Source of the DNA: an uncultured virus (IMG/VR IMGVR_UViG_2061766007_003336)
Taxonomy: Duplodnaviria; Heunggongvirae; Uroviricota; Caudoviricetes
IMG/VR virus record: IMGVR_UViG_2061766007_003336
Strand: one strand, 5' to 3'
DNA: 60,088 nt
In this document: one piece after another, positions 9,900 to 18,969 of the stretch
How the letters are laid out: each line of letters opens with the position of its first letter
How positions within the stretch are numbered: the first letter of the stretch is position 1
Made by a program: the position numbers and the translations under genes
Notes under the pieces: model-generated
The model's database searches: none
What the model saw: only the letters and a program-made list of their open reading frames with translations
What the model was told of the DNA's origin: nothing

Positions 9900-9944
9900 T
9901 TGACAACCTAACATTTATTATTAAGGTACCTAACAGACTGTTAG
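9900..9944 (+). promoter_or_regulatory. promoter and operator-like palindrome upstream of the DNA polymerase
   Basis: TTGACA (9900-9905), TAAGGT (9922-9927), perfect palindrome CTAACAG-A-CTGTTAG (9930-9944). Confidence 0.5.
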
Positions 9945-9988
9945 TCATGGACAGGCTGCAGTCGGACAGAAAAGAACAGGAGGTTGAT

Positions 9989-12979
9989 ATGGAACAGTAC
10001 GCACTTTTTGAAGATTACCCTGAATACGTTCAGACCATGATGTATGAGATTACCGGCGATGCAGAGCTGTATAAGTACTGCCCTGTACGTGAAGGCAGAC
10101 TGAAGATGGTTCTGGGAAACAAGGGCATGAGCTACACTGATGCCGAAGAGCAGATTGTCAGGATCAGGTCTTATTTTACTAAAACCGTGAAAGCGTCTTT
10201 GAGAGAAGACACTATCGTGATTTTTCCGGCGTATTTCTCTGCCAAATCAGGACGACCGAATATGACCTGCGCCGAGAAGCACTTTTCTTTATTTACGAAT
10301 TACATCAGCTGTATGACAAGCACGGACGGGGAGAGACCGAGGATCCTGTGTATGCGATTCAACTATGCGGCACAGCGGGACCCTTACACCGGCAATTTTC
10401 CGAGTCGCAAAGGACGTAGTGCATCCGGCAACGAAATTCCTATTGAAGACGAGACTATTACGGCTAAGCACCTTACTGTGATAGCGTCAGGCATCAAATA
10501 CTGGCTTAAGTCACATCCTGAGATTAAAAACCTCGTTTCACCCTCACTGGAGTTACTGTCAGTTTTGTTTCCTGATTCAGGACTTCCGGGATCATTCAAA
10601 GGAGCTGCCCTCCGTTTATTTACAGGAGCATTGGCGTTCGGAGCAGGCGACAACCTGGAGCACAGGGATTATACGTTTACCGTAATGCCGAGTATGCTCA
10701 AGTACGTTAAATACGGCGACGGCATGCTGGATGTTACCGCCGACATTCTTTCTTACATATTTCATCCGCAGGAACAGCCGGAGGTCAAGAGCGTAATAAT
10801 TAACGATATGAAGGCAGTCGAGCAGATCAAAGCTAAGGCTAAGGCTGCAGGACTTCCCATCTCGCTGGACTTTGAGACGACAGGTCTCAATCCCAGATAT
10901 TACGATCAGCACATTATCTCCTGCCACCTGTCGAACGGCAGGGTAGCCTGGGGGTTTCTGGTAAACCACCCGTGCTATCCCGAGACTAACGGGATGCCGA
11001 TGGTAGAGGCTCTGATGGATGATCCTGAAATGACACTGATTATCCAGAATGCTGTGTATGATACCAAGTGGTATATGGCAATGACAGGAAAGTTCCCCAA
11101 GGCTAAGATATATGATACCATGCTTCTTGACCACTGGTTAAATGAGACGCTTGGATCCACCTCTTTGAAAGCCGGCATGGGTGGAGCCTACAGCATGGAC
11201 CTGCAGATCCCGCGCTACCTGCATTATTCATCACATAAGCCGATGCTTGACGAGGCCATGGATAAGATTGAGTTTGTCAATCCGTACAAGGCCCCGTCAG
11301 CAGCCGAGATCGAAGCATTTACTGTAAAGGAGGTACGTGAACTGGTGCAGCTGGTCAATGACCCTGAACGGCGTGAGCCCAATTCAGGAAAGTATGCAGG
11401 TCTCAGCTATGATATGCTGTTTGATTACGGTAACAGTGATGCTGCGGCGACCTGGCGCATATTTGATAAGCAGCGCGAAATGATCACAAAGCAGTGCGGT
11501 GAGAAGTGGCCGAGAGTTATCGAGGAGCTCATGCCGAAACTGATTTACAATACGGCAAGAATGGAGATAACCGGTGCACCGCTGAATTATGAAATGATCA
11601 TTGAAAAGATCAAGGACGTCAATTTGTCCGCAAAGCAGTGCAAGGACAGGGTCGAAGAAGCTACACACTTTCAGTTTGATCTTAATTCACCCAAGCAGCT
11701 TCTTGACTACCTTACCGAGCATGAGAAAATTGATCCTGAGATGCTTTACAGTGTTAAGAAGGATGACATCTGCGTTGACATAGAAACACTCAGCCGGTTT
11801 GAGAAGACGATTCCGTGGATGCCGGATTTTCTTTCCTACAAGAAGGCTATGAAGTTGAAAAACACCTATCTGATCCCGATAGTTTTGAAAAGTCACTGCG
11901 GTGTTCTGTATTTCGGTATCGATCTTACAGGAACTGTTACCGGCAGACTTGCCAGCCGAAACCCCAACATTCAGAATCTGCCCAAGGCGCTCAAGATATG
12001 TGGTAAGAAAGTAGGACTCAAAGAGGTTATACAGGCTCCGGAAGGCCATATCTTCTCTGATATGGATTTGTCATCTGCTGAGGTTAAAGTTCTTACGGTC
12101 GTATGTCCTGATGAGAAGCTGGTCGACGTTTTGAAACGCGGTCTTGACGCTCATTCCTACACCGCGTCTCTGGTATCACAGACTTCGCCGAATCCTAAGT
12201 CCTACGAGGAGATTTATCACTCTCATCAGAAGGCAGACCACGTCATTGACGAACCGATGACGGAAGAAGACGGCGTGAATGAAGCATTAAGGAAGAACGC
12301 AAAACGAGTTACGTTCGGGGCTATTTACCGGATAGGGAAGCAAGGTCTGGCAACGCAACTTGTGTATAAATACCAGGACAATCCTGAGCTCAGCTTTAAG
12401 CAGAATCAGCTTGAGCGTCAGAAAGTAGGGGAAGTTATCGCTCAGGATCTGCTGGACAAGCTGTTCCACGAGGTTTATCCGACACTTGGAAAATCGTTTG
12501 AGCGGTCGGACTTCAACGTCTTCAACAGGTATTACGGAGAGAGTATCTTCGGACGGCGCAGACGCTATACGCATTCGATTATCCCGATGGTGAACCATCT
12601 GTTCCTCGGTACAGGGTTGTACGCTAAAGACGGGGCCTCAACACTTAGTCTGGCGGACTGTATGACGTTTATTCCGTCACAGCGCTGTTTCAGGCAGAAT
12701 GTCAATTTTGAGGTTCAGTCGCCAACTTCCGATTATATGCAGTTCTATATCAACTATATAATTACGCAGTGCAGTGATATTCCTGACTTTAATTTTCATT
12801 TGACTGTCCACGACAGTGCTTTGTTCTCGTTTGTGGATACAAAAGAAAACTACGACAAATTCAAAAAAGTCTGCGACTACGGTATGGACGTATACCTGAA
12901 GTCACTGGATGACAGACTGCCGGTAACGATCGGTTACGGTATGGATACGGCTTACAATTATTGCAAGATAGGAGGCTAA
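9989..12979 (+). CDS. polA: family A DNA polymerase with 3'-5' exonuclease and an extra N-terminal domain
   Basis: SLDFETTG (ExoI), QNAVYD (ExoII), YGNSDA (ExoIII), TVTGRLASRNPNIQN, DLSSAEVK (motif A), RKNAKRVTFGAIY (B), TVHDS (C). Start placed at the ATG after AGGAGG rather than the track's 9827. Confidence 0.95.
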   Translation: MEQYALFEDYPEYVQTMMYEITGDAELYKYCPVREGRLKMVLGNKGMSYTDAEEQIVRIRSYFTKTVKASLREDTIVIFPAYFSAKSGRPNMTCAEKHFSLFTNYISCMTSTDGERPRILCMRFNYAAQRDPYTGNFPSRKGRSASGNEIPIEDETITAKHLTVIASGIKYWLKSHPEIKNLVSPSLELLSVLFPDSGLPGSFKGAALRLFTGALAFGAGDNLEHRDYTFTVMPSMLKYVKYGDGMLDVTADILSYIFHPQEQPEVKSVIINDMKAVEQIKAKAKAAGLPISLDFETTGLNPRYYDQHIISCHLSNGRVAWGFLVNHPCYPETNGMPMVEALMDDPEMTLIIQNAVYDTKWYMAMTGKFPKAKIYDTMLLDHWLNETLGSTSLKAGMGGAYSMDLQIPRYLHYSSHKPMLDEAMDKIEFVNPYKAPSAAEIEAFTVKEVRELVQLVNDPERREPNSGKYAGLSYDMLFDYGNSDAAATWRIFDKQREMITKQCGEKWPRVIEELMPKLIYNTARMEITGAPLNYEMIIEKIKDVNLSAKQCKDRVEEATHFQFDLNSPKQLLDYLTEHEKIDPEMLYSVKKDDICVDIETLSRFEKTIPWMPDFLSYKKAMKLKNTYLIPIVLKSHCGVLYFGIDLTGTVTGRLASRNPNIQNLPKALKICGKKVGLKEVIQAPEGHIFSDMDLSSAEVKVLTVVCPDEKLVDVLKRGLDAHSYTASLVSQTSPNPKSYEEIYHSHQKADHVIDEPMTEEDGVNEALRKNAKRVTFGAIYRIGKQGLATQLVYKYQDNPELSFKQNQLERQKVGEVIAQDLLDKLFHEVYPTLGKSFERSDFNVFNRYYGESIFGRRRRYTHSIIPMVNHLFLGTGLYAKDGASTLSLADCMTFIPSQRCFRQNVNFEVQSPTSDYMQFYINYIITQCSDIPDFNFHLTVHDSALFSFVDTKENYDKFKKVCDYGMDVYLKSLDDRLPVTIGYGMDTAYNYCKIGG

Positions 12980-12980
12980 T

Positions 12981-13088
12981 ATGCTGGGAGCGGTAGCAGT
13001 ATTTAGCGCAGGGCTTCTGCTAGGGTTTATCCTGCATGGATTTGTGTATTCGATTTTTGAACTCTGGAAAGATTTACGGGATAAATAA
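12981..13088 (+). CDS. small membrane protein (35 aa)
   Basis: MLGAVAVFSAGLLLGFILHGFVYSIF..., AGGAGG RBS, stop overlaps the next ATG. Confidence 0.55.
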   Translation: MLGAVAVFSAGLLLGFILHGFVYSIFELWKDLRDK

Positions 13089-13708
13089 TGTACTACGAAA
13101 AGGATTACAAGGATAAACTAGCCTCGATGTATCAGGATGTTCTTATACGGTATGAGGTCCCTGTCGACGGAGTTAGGGCGGACGCTGTTGCATTTACTGA
13201 TCCTATAACTGCGTTCGAGATCAAAAGTGAACACGATGATCTTTCACGGCTTAGAAACCAGGTGGAGAAGTATTTCAGGGTATTTACCCGCGTAGTGACG
13301 TTGGTGCATGACTCCAAAGTTTCAGCAGTTGCTGATCTCTTGAGTGACACTCCGGCAGGAGTCTGGTACATGAATAAGTGGAAGGAAGTCAAAGTGGCGG
13401 TTGACGGCAGGTTAAGTGATGAATATATCAGCTATGCGGCTATATATAATATGCTGCGCAAGCCGGAGCGCGAGTTCCTTCTGCGGAAGTATTTTGGTGA
13501 ACTGCCGGATGTCGGCGACTTTAAGCATTATACCGACCGGCTGGAACGGTTTCAGAAAATACCTAAAGCCAATTTGATTACGGATCTGGGTCAGGTTCTG
13601 AAAGTAAGGTATGAATATGAACAGCGATCCGGTTTTCCCAGTAGTGGTGATGTGATTGTGAAACTTTTGCGATGCGACATGGAGAAAGGCGATGGATGTA
13701 ATAATTGA
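13088..13708 (+). CDS. sce7726-family PD-(D/E)xK nuclease-like protein
   Basis: E..V...RAD...AFEIKSEHDDLSRLRNQV..Y..VF signature. Confidence 0.75.
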   Translation: MYYEKDYKDKLASMYQDVLIRYEVPVDGVRADAVAFTDPITAFEIKSEHDDLSRLRNQVEKYFRVFTRVVTLVHDSKVSAVADLLSDTPAGVWYMNKWKEVKVAVDGRLSDEYISYAAIYNMLRKPEREFLLRKYFGELPDVGDFKHYTDRLERFQKIPKANLITDLGQVLKVRYEYEQRSGFPSSGDVIVKLLRCDMEKGDGCNN

Positions 13709-13925
13709 GTCTGCGATCGTATTCGTGCTGGCAGGAGTGCTGCTGTTCCTGCAGTTCGAAGTCGTTACTGACACTGATGAGCTGGACAGGCAGAATACGC
13801 GGTTGCAGAGGGACTTAGTCCGGTTGACCATAAAGATGATTAGAGCAAAAAAATCGATACAGAAAAGGAGAGTGAGATGGCAGATCAAGAAAAGACTAAA
13901 TACGAACTTCAGATCGAGGCGTTGA
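13692..13925 (+). CDS. small membrane-anchored protein
   Basis: N-terminal hydrophobic helix then coiled coil; overlaps both neighbours. Confidence 0.5.
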   Translation: MDVIIESAIVFVLAGVLLFLQFEVVTDTDELDRQNTRLQRDLVRLTIKMIRAKKSIQKRRVRWQIKKRLNTNFRSRR

Positions 13926-14524
13926 AGCGCTGGTTGAAAGACATCGGCGCTGACAGGAGCGTTAAAGCATTACAGTTTGCTGCAAAGAGTCATAAAGGTC
14001 AATTCCGTAAACCCAGAAGAGACAAGGTACCCTATATTGTGCACCCGGTTGAGATGACGCTGCACGCACTGTCTCTCGGGATCGAGAACGATGATATGCT
14101 TGCCGCCATATTGCTTCACGATGTAGTTGAAGACTGCGATGTAGCGTTGAAGGATCTGCCTTGTTCCGACGATACCAGACGCTGGGTCCGTCTTCTTACG
14201 AAGGACAAGCAGAACTATTCCGCCAAGGAGTACTATGCTGCAATAGCAGCTGATCCCAAAGCGAGCTTCATTAAGTGCCTTGACCGGATAAACAACCTTT
14301 CCGGCGCTGCTACCGGTTTCGAATCGGTGGCTAAAGTCAGGGCTTACGCTTTGGAAACAAAAGAATACTTTGACGCATTGATCCAGGCAGTCGGCAGCTA
14401 CCCTTTTGCAATGTATTGCAAGGCAGCATGGCTCTTCGGTCATCAGTTACATGGGCTGGTGACAACTATTCTGAAGCTCACTGAATCTTCTGAAGCAGCT
14501 CCGGCGGAATCTGACCCGTCTTAG
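13877..14524 (+). CDS. RelA/SpoT-type HD hydrolase (small alarmone hydrolase, Mesh1-like)
   Basis: FAAKSHKGQFRK...PYIVHP...AAILLHDVVED...IKCLDRINNL. Confidence 0.85.
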   Translation: MADQEKTKYELQIEALKRWLKDIGADRSVKALQFAAKSHKGQFRKPRRDKVPYIVHPVEMTLHALSLGIENDDMLAAILLHDVVEDCDVALKDLPCSDDTRRWVRLLTKDKQNYSAKEYYAAIAADPKASFIKCLDRINNLSGAATGFESVAKVRAYALETKEYFDALIQAVGSYPFAMYCKAAWLFGHQLHGLVTTILKLTESSEAAPAESDPS

Positions 14525-15098
14525 GCTCAATGCCGATATGATCGAGTGTGGCGAACAACGGTTGGCCGTTGTCATCGTACCGGGCAAAATACTGTTCCGG
14601 TGTAACGCTCTCGTAGAATTTTTTATTTCGCTTTTTCCCTCCGGGTTTCGAGCCTTTGCGTCCCCAATCCACGGCAGCTACTGCATTTTGAACCTCAGGG
14701 TCATTCATATCCAGCATGTATATGTTCTTGCCCTTCAACGATTTGGTCATATTAGGACCGAGATCCGGTGTAGGCGGGTACGGGAAGAAGTAGATGCGGT
14801 TGGCACCTCCTTTACCTCTTACCTGTTGCAGACCAGAAACAATCTCCTCATTTGTAAGTGCCTCAGGCTGTTTATTTGGATATATACCCCAGTCGCCGGT
14901 AAGCCGCTTGCGGTATTTGTCAGTCATTTTACGGAATAGTTCCGGGTCGTCCGCAGTTTCCAGAGCGTATTCAGGGCTGATGAGCCCTTCACTCTCTACA
15001 TCTGCCTCTTCAGGGGCGAGATGGAAAAACGGCAGTTCCCCGTCGTCGATTTTACGCTTGACGATTTCAACAAACAGCTGACTTGCTCTCTTTCCCAT
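14478..15098 (-). CDS. hypothetical protein
   Basis: ORF with GAGG RBS, convergent overlap with the HD gene. Confidence 0.65.
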   Translation of the reverse strand: MGKRASQLFVEIVKRKIDDGELPFFHLAPEEADVESEGLISPEYALETADDPELFRKMTDKYRKRLTGDWGIYPNKQPEALTNEEIVSGLQQVRGKGGANRIYFFPYPPTPDLGPNMTKSLKGKNIYMLDMNDPEVQNAVAAVDWGRKGSKPGGKKRNKKFYESVTPEQYFARYDDNGQPLFATLDHIGIEPKTGQIPPELLQKIQ

Positions 15099-15119
15099 GT
15101 TCAGATTTCCTCATACTTC

Positions 15120-15211
15120 TGACTACTCCTACGACTAAAGTCATAGGGTTCTTGGGGCAAGCATAGTCTGCTGACTTACTTTATGCCCACAAAGGGATAG
15201 CCCTTCCCTCA
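15120..15211 (-). mobile_element. orphan IS200/IS605-type right end / TnpB omegaRNA-like scaffold remnant
   Basis: Minus strand ends ...CAAGAACCCTATGAC-TTTA-GTCGTAGGAGTAGTCA, resembling the IS605 subterminal hairpin plus TCA end. Two further hairpins precede it. No tnpA or tnpB in the window. Confidence 0.55.
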
Positions 15212-15305
15212 CAATCTACTATAGCGGGAGACGAAAACTTTTCAAGTTTTCTGCTGACAGGGTTGTCATCCCACTGCTGAAGTGGGGGGGTCTTCCCCCC
15301 CCCGC

Positions 15306-15869
15306 CTAAGACTCATAAGAATCGTAAATTGACCATACCGTATCTTCCGGGAGATATGCGTTTACGGCAGCCTCGATAGATTCTGCAGCAATGTATTTCG
15401 CAGCACTGGCATTGCTCATAACAACGAAAATACCTGCAGAATACGCTACGGTGAAAATGTGCGCTGATTTGAAGGTACTACCCATACTCATTATCTGCCA
15501 GATCTTGTCGACCCCGTGGATTTCGCACCAGCGCCAGGCTAGCTCCGCGAAGTCATCACAGTCCCTTCCGAAGCGGGAAGGGACAGTTCCGCAGAAGTTC
15601 AGCCAGGGAAGCCTGTAGGTGAAATCAAGAAGGCCGCCCTTGCGTTCGGGAAGCCAGTCGTAGCGCTTAAGCTTTTCTCTGAATTCAGCCGTGGTAGAGG
15701 AGTGAAGCATCTCTTCCCAGATAACTCTTGCTGCGTATTTGTCTTCAACCGAGATCGTCCAGCGGATAAACAGGAACCATAGGAGCCAGAAGATAACCGG
15801 GCTGTAGATCTTCCTGAACCAGCACATAAATCTTAAGCAGAATTTAACGAATTTCTTGTTTTTAAACAT
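15306..15869 (-). CDS. membrane-anchored transglutaminase-like cysteine protease-fold protein
   Basis: N-terminal TM segment; RDCDDFA motif followed by AHIFTV. Confidence 0.5.
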   Translation of the reverse strand: MFKNKKFVKFCLRFMCWFRKIYSPVIFWLLWFLFIRWTISVEDKYAARVIWEEMLHSSTTAEFREKLKRYDWLPERKGGLLDFTYRLPWLNFCGTVPSRFGRDCDDFAELAWRWCEIHGVDKIWQIMSMGSTFKSAHIFTVAYSAGIFVVMSNASAAKYIAAESIEAAVNAYLPEDTVWSIYDSYES

Positions 15870-15889
15870 CCTATTTCCCCCATACGTTG

Positions 15890-16360
15890 TTAGTTCTGTT
15901 TAAGCACCACGGCTCCGGTGGCAGTCACCGATATAAGTTTATGTTCAGGATCTGCCGGCATAGCCGTGACCTTCCAGGTCACCGCTTTGCCTTTAGACGT
16001 ATCCTCGACGAGAAGCAGTTCTACTTTAGCCTCACGCAGTGAAGGGTAGCTTACACTGTTGCCGTTCAGATCCTTTTCTTCAAGCAGCGCAGCCGCAGTG
16101 TTCTGAAGTTTAGGCAGAAGGTCATTGGGACTGATACCGAAGCCTAGAAATTTCAGCCTGTCGGCTGCCTTAGGGTCAGGGTTACCGTCTGCCATAGCTT
16201 TGACGATTCCGTCGTAAATCCTGGTGCTGAAGTTGGTATATACACCATTGTTTGATTCGGAAAAAAAGACCGAATAGATCAGGTCATTGACAAAATTTGC
16301 AAGGTCGGGGTCAACACCGTAAGTATTGGGGAGCAGGTTGATCGTGGTGTTCCTGGTCAT
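15890..16360 (-). CDS. hypothetical protein, possibly a gp25-like baseplate subunit
   Basis: Start moved to MTRNTT after GAGGTG; the gp25 resemblance is only from size and pattern. Confidence 0.55.
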   Translation of the reverse strand: MTRNTTINLLPNTYGVDPDLANFVNDLIYSVFFSESNNGVYTNFSTRIYDGIVKAMADGNPDPKAADRLKFLGFGISPNDLLPKLQNTAAALLEEKDLNGNSVSYPSLREAKVELLLVEDTSKGKAVTWKVTAMPADPEHKLISVTATGAVVLKQN

Positions 16361-16453
16361 AATCCACCTCAAAAAAATAAACCAGAAAATTATAACTGGA
16401 GCCTGCCGAAAGTCCATAGGATTTGCCAGGGACATTCCTGTCCCCGGCGAATT

Positions 16454-16918
16454 TTAGAACCAAAGTACGTACATAAGCAGGATGACGCCAAGTGCCGCCA
16501 GAACCGAGGCAGCAGCGCAAAGCTTTTTTCGGCTTCCCGGAGCCGGCAGGGTCTGTATCAGCTGTGACCATGTTGAAAGAGGACGCTTTCCGTCATTGTC
16601 TTCATCCCAGACAGGCATGCAGGTCAGCGTGATAATGTATTTCCACTTACCGAGATGATCCTGTTCGAGGCTGACGGAAACGACGGTAGCTGTTATGACC
16701 TCGTTTAGGTTCTGCAGCTTGACCAGACAGGTCGGGTTGATACCTTCGGGCAGGCCTTCTACCTTACCCGTGTTCTTTCCGACTCTTTCCGGAAAGGTAA
16801 TATCAAGTTCGGTTTTAAATTTGTCCGTCCAGGTTTTGACACGATCCCGGACAAGGGTAATTTTGCCGTCCAGCTTGAATTGCTGGTAAGTGTGACGGCC
16901 CACGTGAAAAGTAATCAT
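16454..16918 (-). CDS. hypothetical protein with C-terminal TM helix
   Basis: AGGAGGAG RBS before MITFHV; hydrophobic C-terminus. Confidence 0.65.
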   Translation of the reverse strand: MITFHVGRHTYQQFKLDGKITLVRDRVKTWTDKFKTELDITFPERVGKNTGKVEGLPEGINPTCLVKLQNLNEVITATVVSVSLEQDHLGKWKYIITLTCMPVWDEDNDGKRPLSTWSQLIQTLPAPGSRKKLCAAASVLAALGVILLMYVLWF

Positions 16919-16934
16919 ACTGCTCCTCCTTAGG

Positions 16935-17162
16935 TTATTTACATGCGAAAAAGGACCACTGCCGCTCATCCAATGTCATACCGATACATTCACCCTTGCT
17001 GAGTATCTCATCAAGGCTCTCTGTGTCAATGTTGGGAAGACTGGTACGTCGTTTGAACTCCAGTTCGTCCCTGATTTCATCTATATTTACACCGGCATTA
17101 CCTGCAGTTGATACCGTGGGTGTCAACAGCAGCATACCTAATGCTATCAACAGCTTTTTCAT
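16935..17162 (-). CDS. small secreted hypothetical protein
   Basis: Signal-peptide-like MKKLLIALGMLLLTPTVSTA; GGAGG RBS; TTGACA-N17-TAGAAA promoter at 17190-17218. Confidence 0.6.
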   Translation of the reverse strand: MKKLLIALGMLLLTPTVSTAGNAGVNIDEIRDELEFKRRTSLPNIDTESLDEILSKGECIGMTLDERQWSFFACK

Positions 17163-17219
17163 CGTTATCATCCACGACCTCCGTCGTTTTTTCTAGCAAT
17201 TTCGGGAAACGATGTCAAC

Positions 17220-17253
17220 AAAAAAGCCTCCGGCGACTGCTACACCGGAGGCT
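17220..17253 (-). terminator. intrinsic terminator after the SPFH gene
   Basis: AGCCTCCGG/CCGGAGGCT stem followed by a T run on the minus strand. Confidence 0.8.
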
Positions 17254-17260
17254 GTGTATC

Positions 17261-18160
17261 CTATTTGACTTCGAAGAACGGGATTGGGGCTCCAGCATAG
17301 ATACTCTGCGGTAGCTCGCCTTTCCACTGCTGCGCCTTGATCTTTTCGATCTGGACGCGCTCGTAGTCCAGCAAGGACTGCGCCTGCCTCAAAGATTCAG
17401 TCTTAAGGCGGATCGCCTCAGCCTCTGCAGTAGCTTTGATCTTGACGGCTTCTGCGTCTGCTCTGGCTTTGACCAGACGCTGTTCCGCTTTCTGCTGTTC
17501 AACTTTAGTGACGTTAGTTTCTTTTTCGACCTGACGTGCAGCAACGTCCCTTTCCTGTTCAGCTGCTTTCTCGGCGATCCGTTTCTTTTCTATGGCACGT
17601 TCATACTCATCCGAGAACTCTATATCCCTCAAGCGGATGGACTCCGCTTTCAAATTGAGGTCTTTCAGTCTGTTCTGCAGCACTTCGGTTGCCTCTTTTT
17701 CGATCTGACCACGTTTTGCGATCAATTCCGTTGAGTCATACTGGCCGATAGCCTGCTTAATTGCAGAATCAGTTTCTGAGGCCAGCCTGTCAGCATAGGC
17801 TAGTTTGAAAGTCCGATAAAGAGTCAGTGCTGCAGATCTGTCAATCTGCCAGTTGACGTAAAATCGGAGTGTCGCTTCCTGCAAATCTTTAGTATAGGCG
17901 GACATTTTTTCTACTTTGTCCTTCTTTCCAGGTTTACTCCCGTCGTACTGCTGCATCCTTGCGTCAAGACAAACTATGTCAGTAATAATGCCGTTGTAGA
18001 ACGTAAGACCTGACGGCAGCATCTTGTCGTCATATTTTCCGAGCGTGACTTTGAAGCAGGCTTCAGTATCATCAACCTGCTCGACGCACATGCCTATGCA
18101 GACTGCGATGATGATGAAAGTTAATACAGCAAACGCTGCGACTACGTGATACATTTTCAT
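17261..18160 (-). CDS. SPFH/prohibitin (band 7) family membrane protein
   Basis: N-terminal TM, AYTKDLQ, IEFSDEYERAIEKK, A.A.AEA coiled coil, KAQQWKGELP. Confidence 0.88.
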   Translation of the reverse strand: MKMYHVVAAFAVLTFIIIAVCIGMCVEQVDDTEACFKVTLGKYDDKMLPSGLTFYNGIITDIVCLDARMQQYDGSKPGKKDKVEKMSAYTKDLQEATLRFYVNWQIDRSAALTLYRTFKLAYADRLASETDSAIKQAIGQYDSTELIAKRGQIEKEATEVLQNRLKDLNLKAESIRLRDIEFSDEYERAIEKKRIAEKAAEQERDVAARQVEKETNVTKVEQQKAEQRLVKARADAEAVKIKATAEAEAIRLKTESLRQAQSLLDYERVQIEKIKAQQWKGELPQSIYAGAPIPFFEVK

Positions 18161-18282
18161 TGTTTCCTCCTTGGTTTAGATTGTTTTTTGTTGTTTTTCG
18201 GCAGTTTTTCTACCGCCCATGCAAATATTACGGCTGCGCAGGCGATGGCCACCGCCGCAGCCAGAAGTTTGATCAACCACAT
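18157..18282 (-). CDS. small membrane protein (41 aa) coupled to the SPFH gene
   Basis: MWLIKLLAAAVAIACAAVIFAWAV..., AGGAGG RBS, ATGA overlap. Confidence 0.6.
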   Translation of the reverse strand: MWLIKLLAAAVAIACAAVIFAWAVEKLPKNNKKQSKPRRKQ

Positions 18283-18291
18283 ACTTTCCTC

Positions 18292-18969
18292 CTAGAACGG
18301 AATATTCTCATCTTCTTCAATGTCCGGGTCCGGATCAGACTGCCGGGGGCGGACAGACTCAGGGTCAGTATACTCTGCGGGCAGCATTTTCCTAGCCTGA
18401 AGTATTCTTCCGGCAAATACGGTGCGGCGGTCAGCGTACCTTTTGACGGTCTTATTGATGTCCTCTATGCCGTCCTGCATCACATCGATGGTGTGGTGCA
18501 GAGCTCTTGCAAGCTCCATCGTCTCGTCCTGAGTCAGTTTATTGTCCGGACTCATGTACTTTTTGAGGTAGTTCCAGACAATTCCTACTAGTTCAACGCG
18601 CATCAGTTCCATGTTGCCTGAGTAAATGTCCAGCACTTTGGGCAGAATGTCGGAGCAGGTTTTGATCTGCTGGTAAGCTATAAGCACTTTGTCCAGCATT
18701 TCAAGCAGCGTAAACAGCACCCTGTGTCTGTTCTCAGGAACTCTGGACCACCACCCAGGATCATCGCCGGGTTTGAGACTTTCAGGGATGACCAGGTCAA
18801 GCCTGCGTAGTTGGGTGATGATGACTTTTTTACCAGCGGCATCCTCAGCGCAGAGATAGTCGCCGCCGTGGTTGACAAGATCGATTCTGACTGGCGCCAT
18901 TTCTCTTTGGGGCTTCGGCCGGCCATCTTCAGGCACAAAGTAACCTAACAAGATTTTTTCGTTACTCAT
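18292..18969 (-). CDS. hypothetical protein with SSB-like acidic C-terminal tail
   Basis: Ends DPDIEEDENIPF. Confidence 0.7.
   Translation of the reverse strand: MSNEKILLGYFVPEDGRPKPQREMAPVRIDLVNHGGDYLCAEDAAGKKVIITQLRRLDLVIPESLKPGDDPGWWSRVPENRHRVLFTLLEMLDKVLIAYQQIKTCSDILPKVLDIYSGNMELMRVELVGIVWNYLKKYMSPDNKLTQDETMELARALHHTIDVMQDGIEDINKTVKRYADRRTVFAGRILQARKMLPAEYTDPESVRPRQSDPDPDIEEDENIPF

Noticed and set aside
9827..9988. N-terminal 54 codons of the polymerase ORF in the track
   Set aside because: They span promoter and operator sequence; the strong RBS precedes the ATG at 9989.
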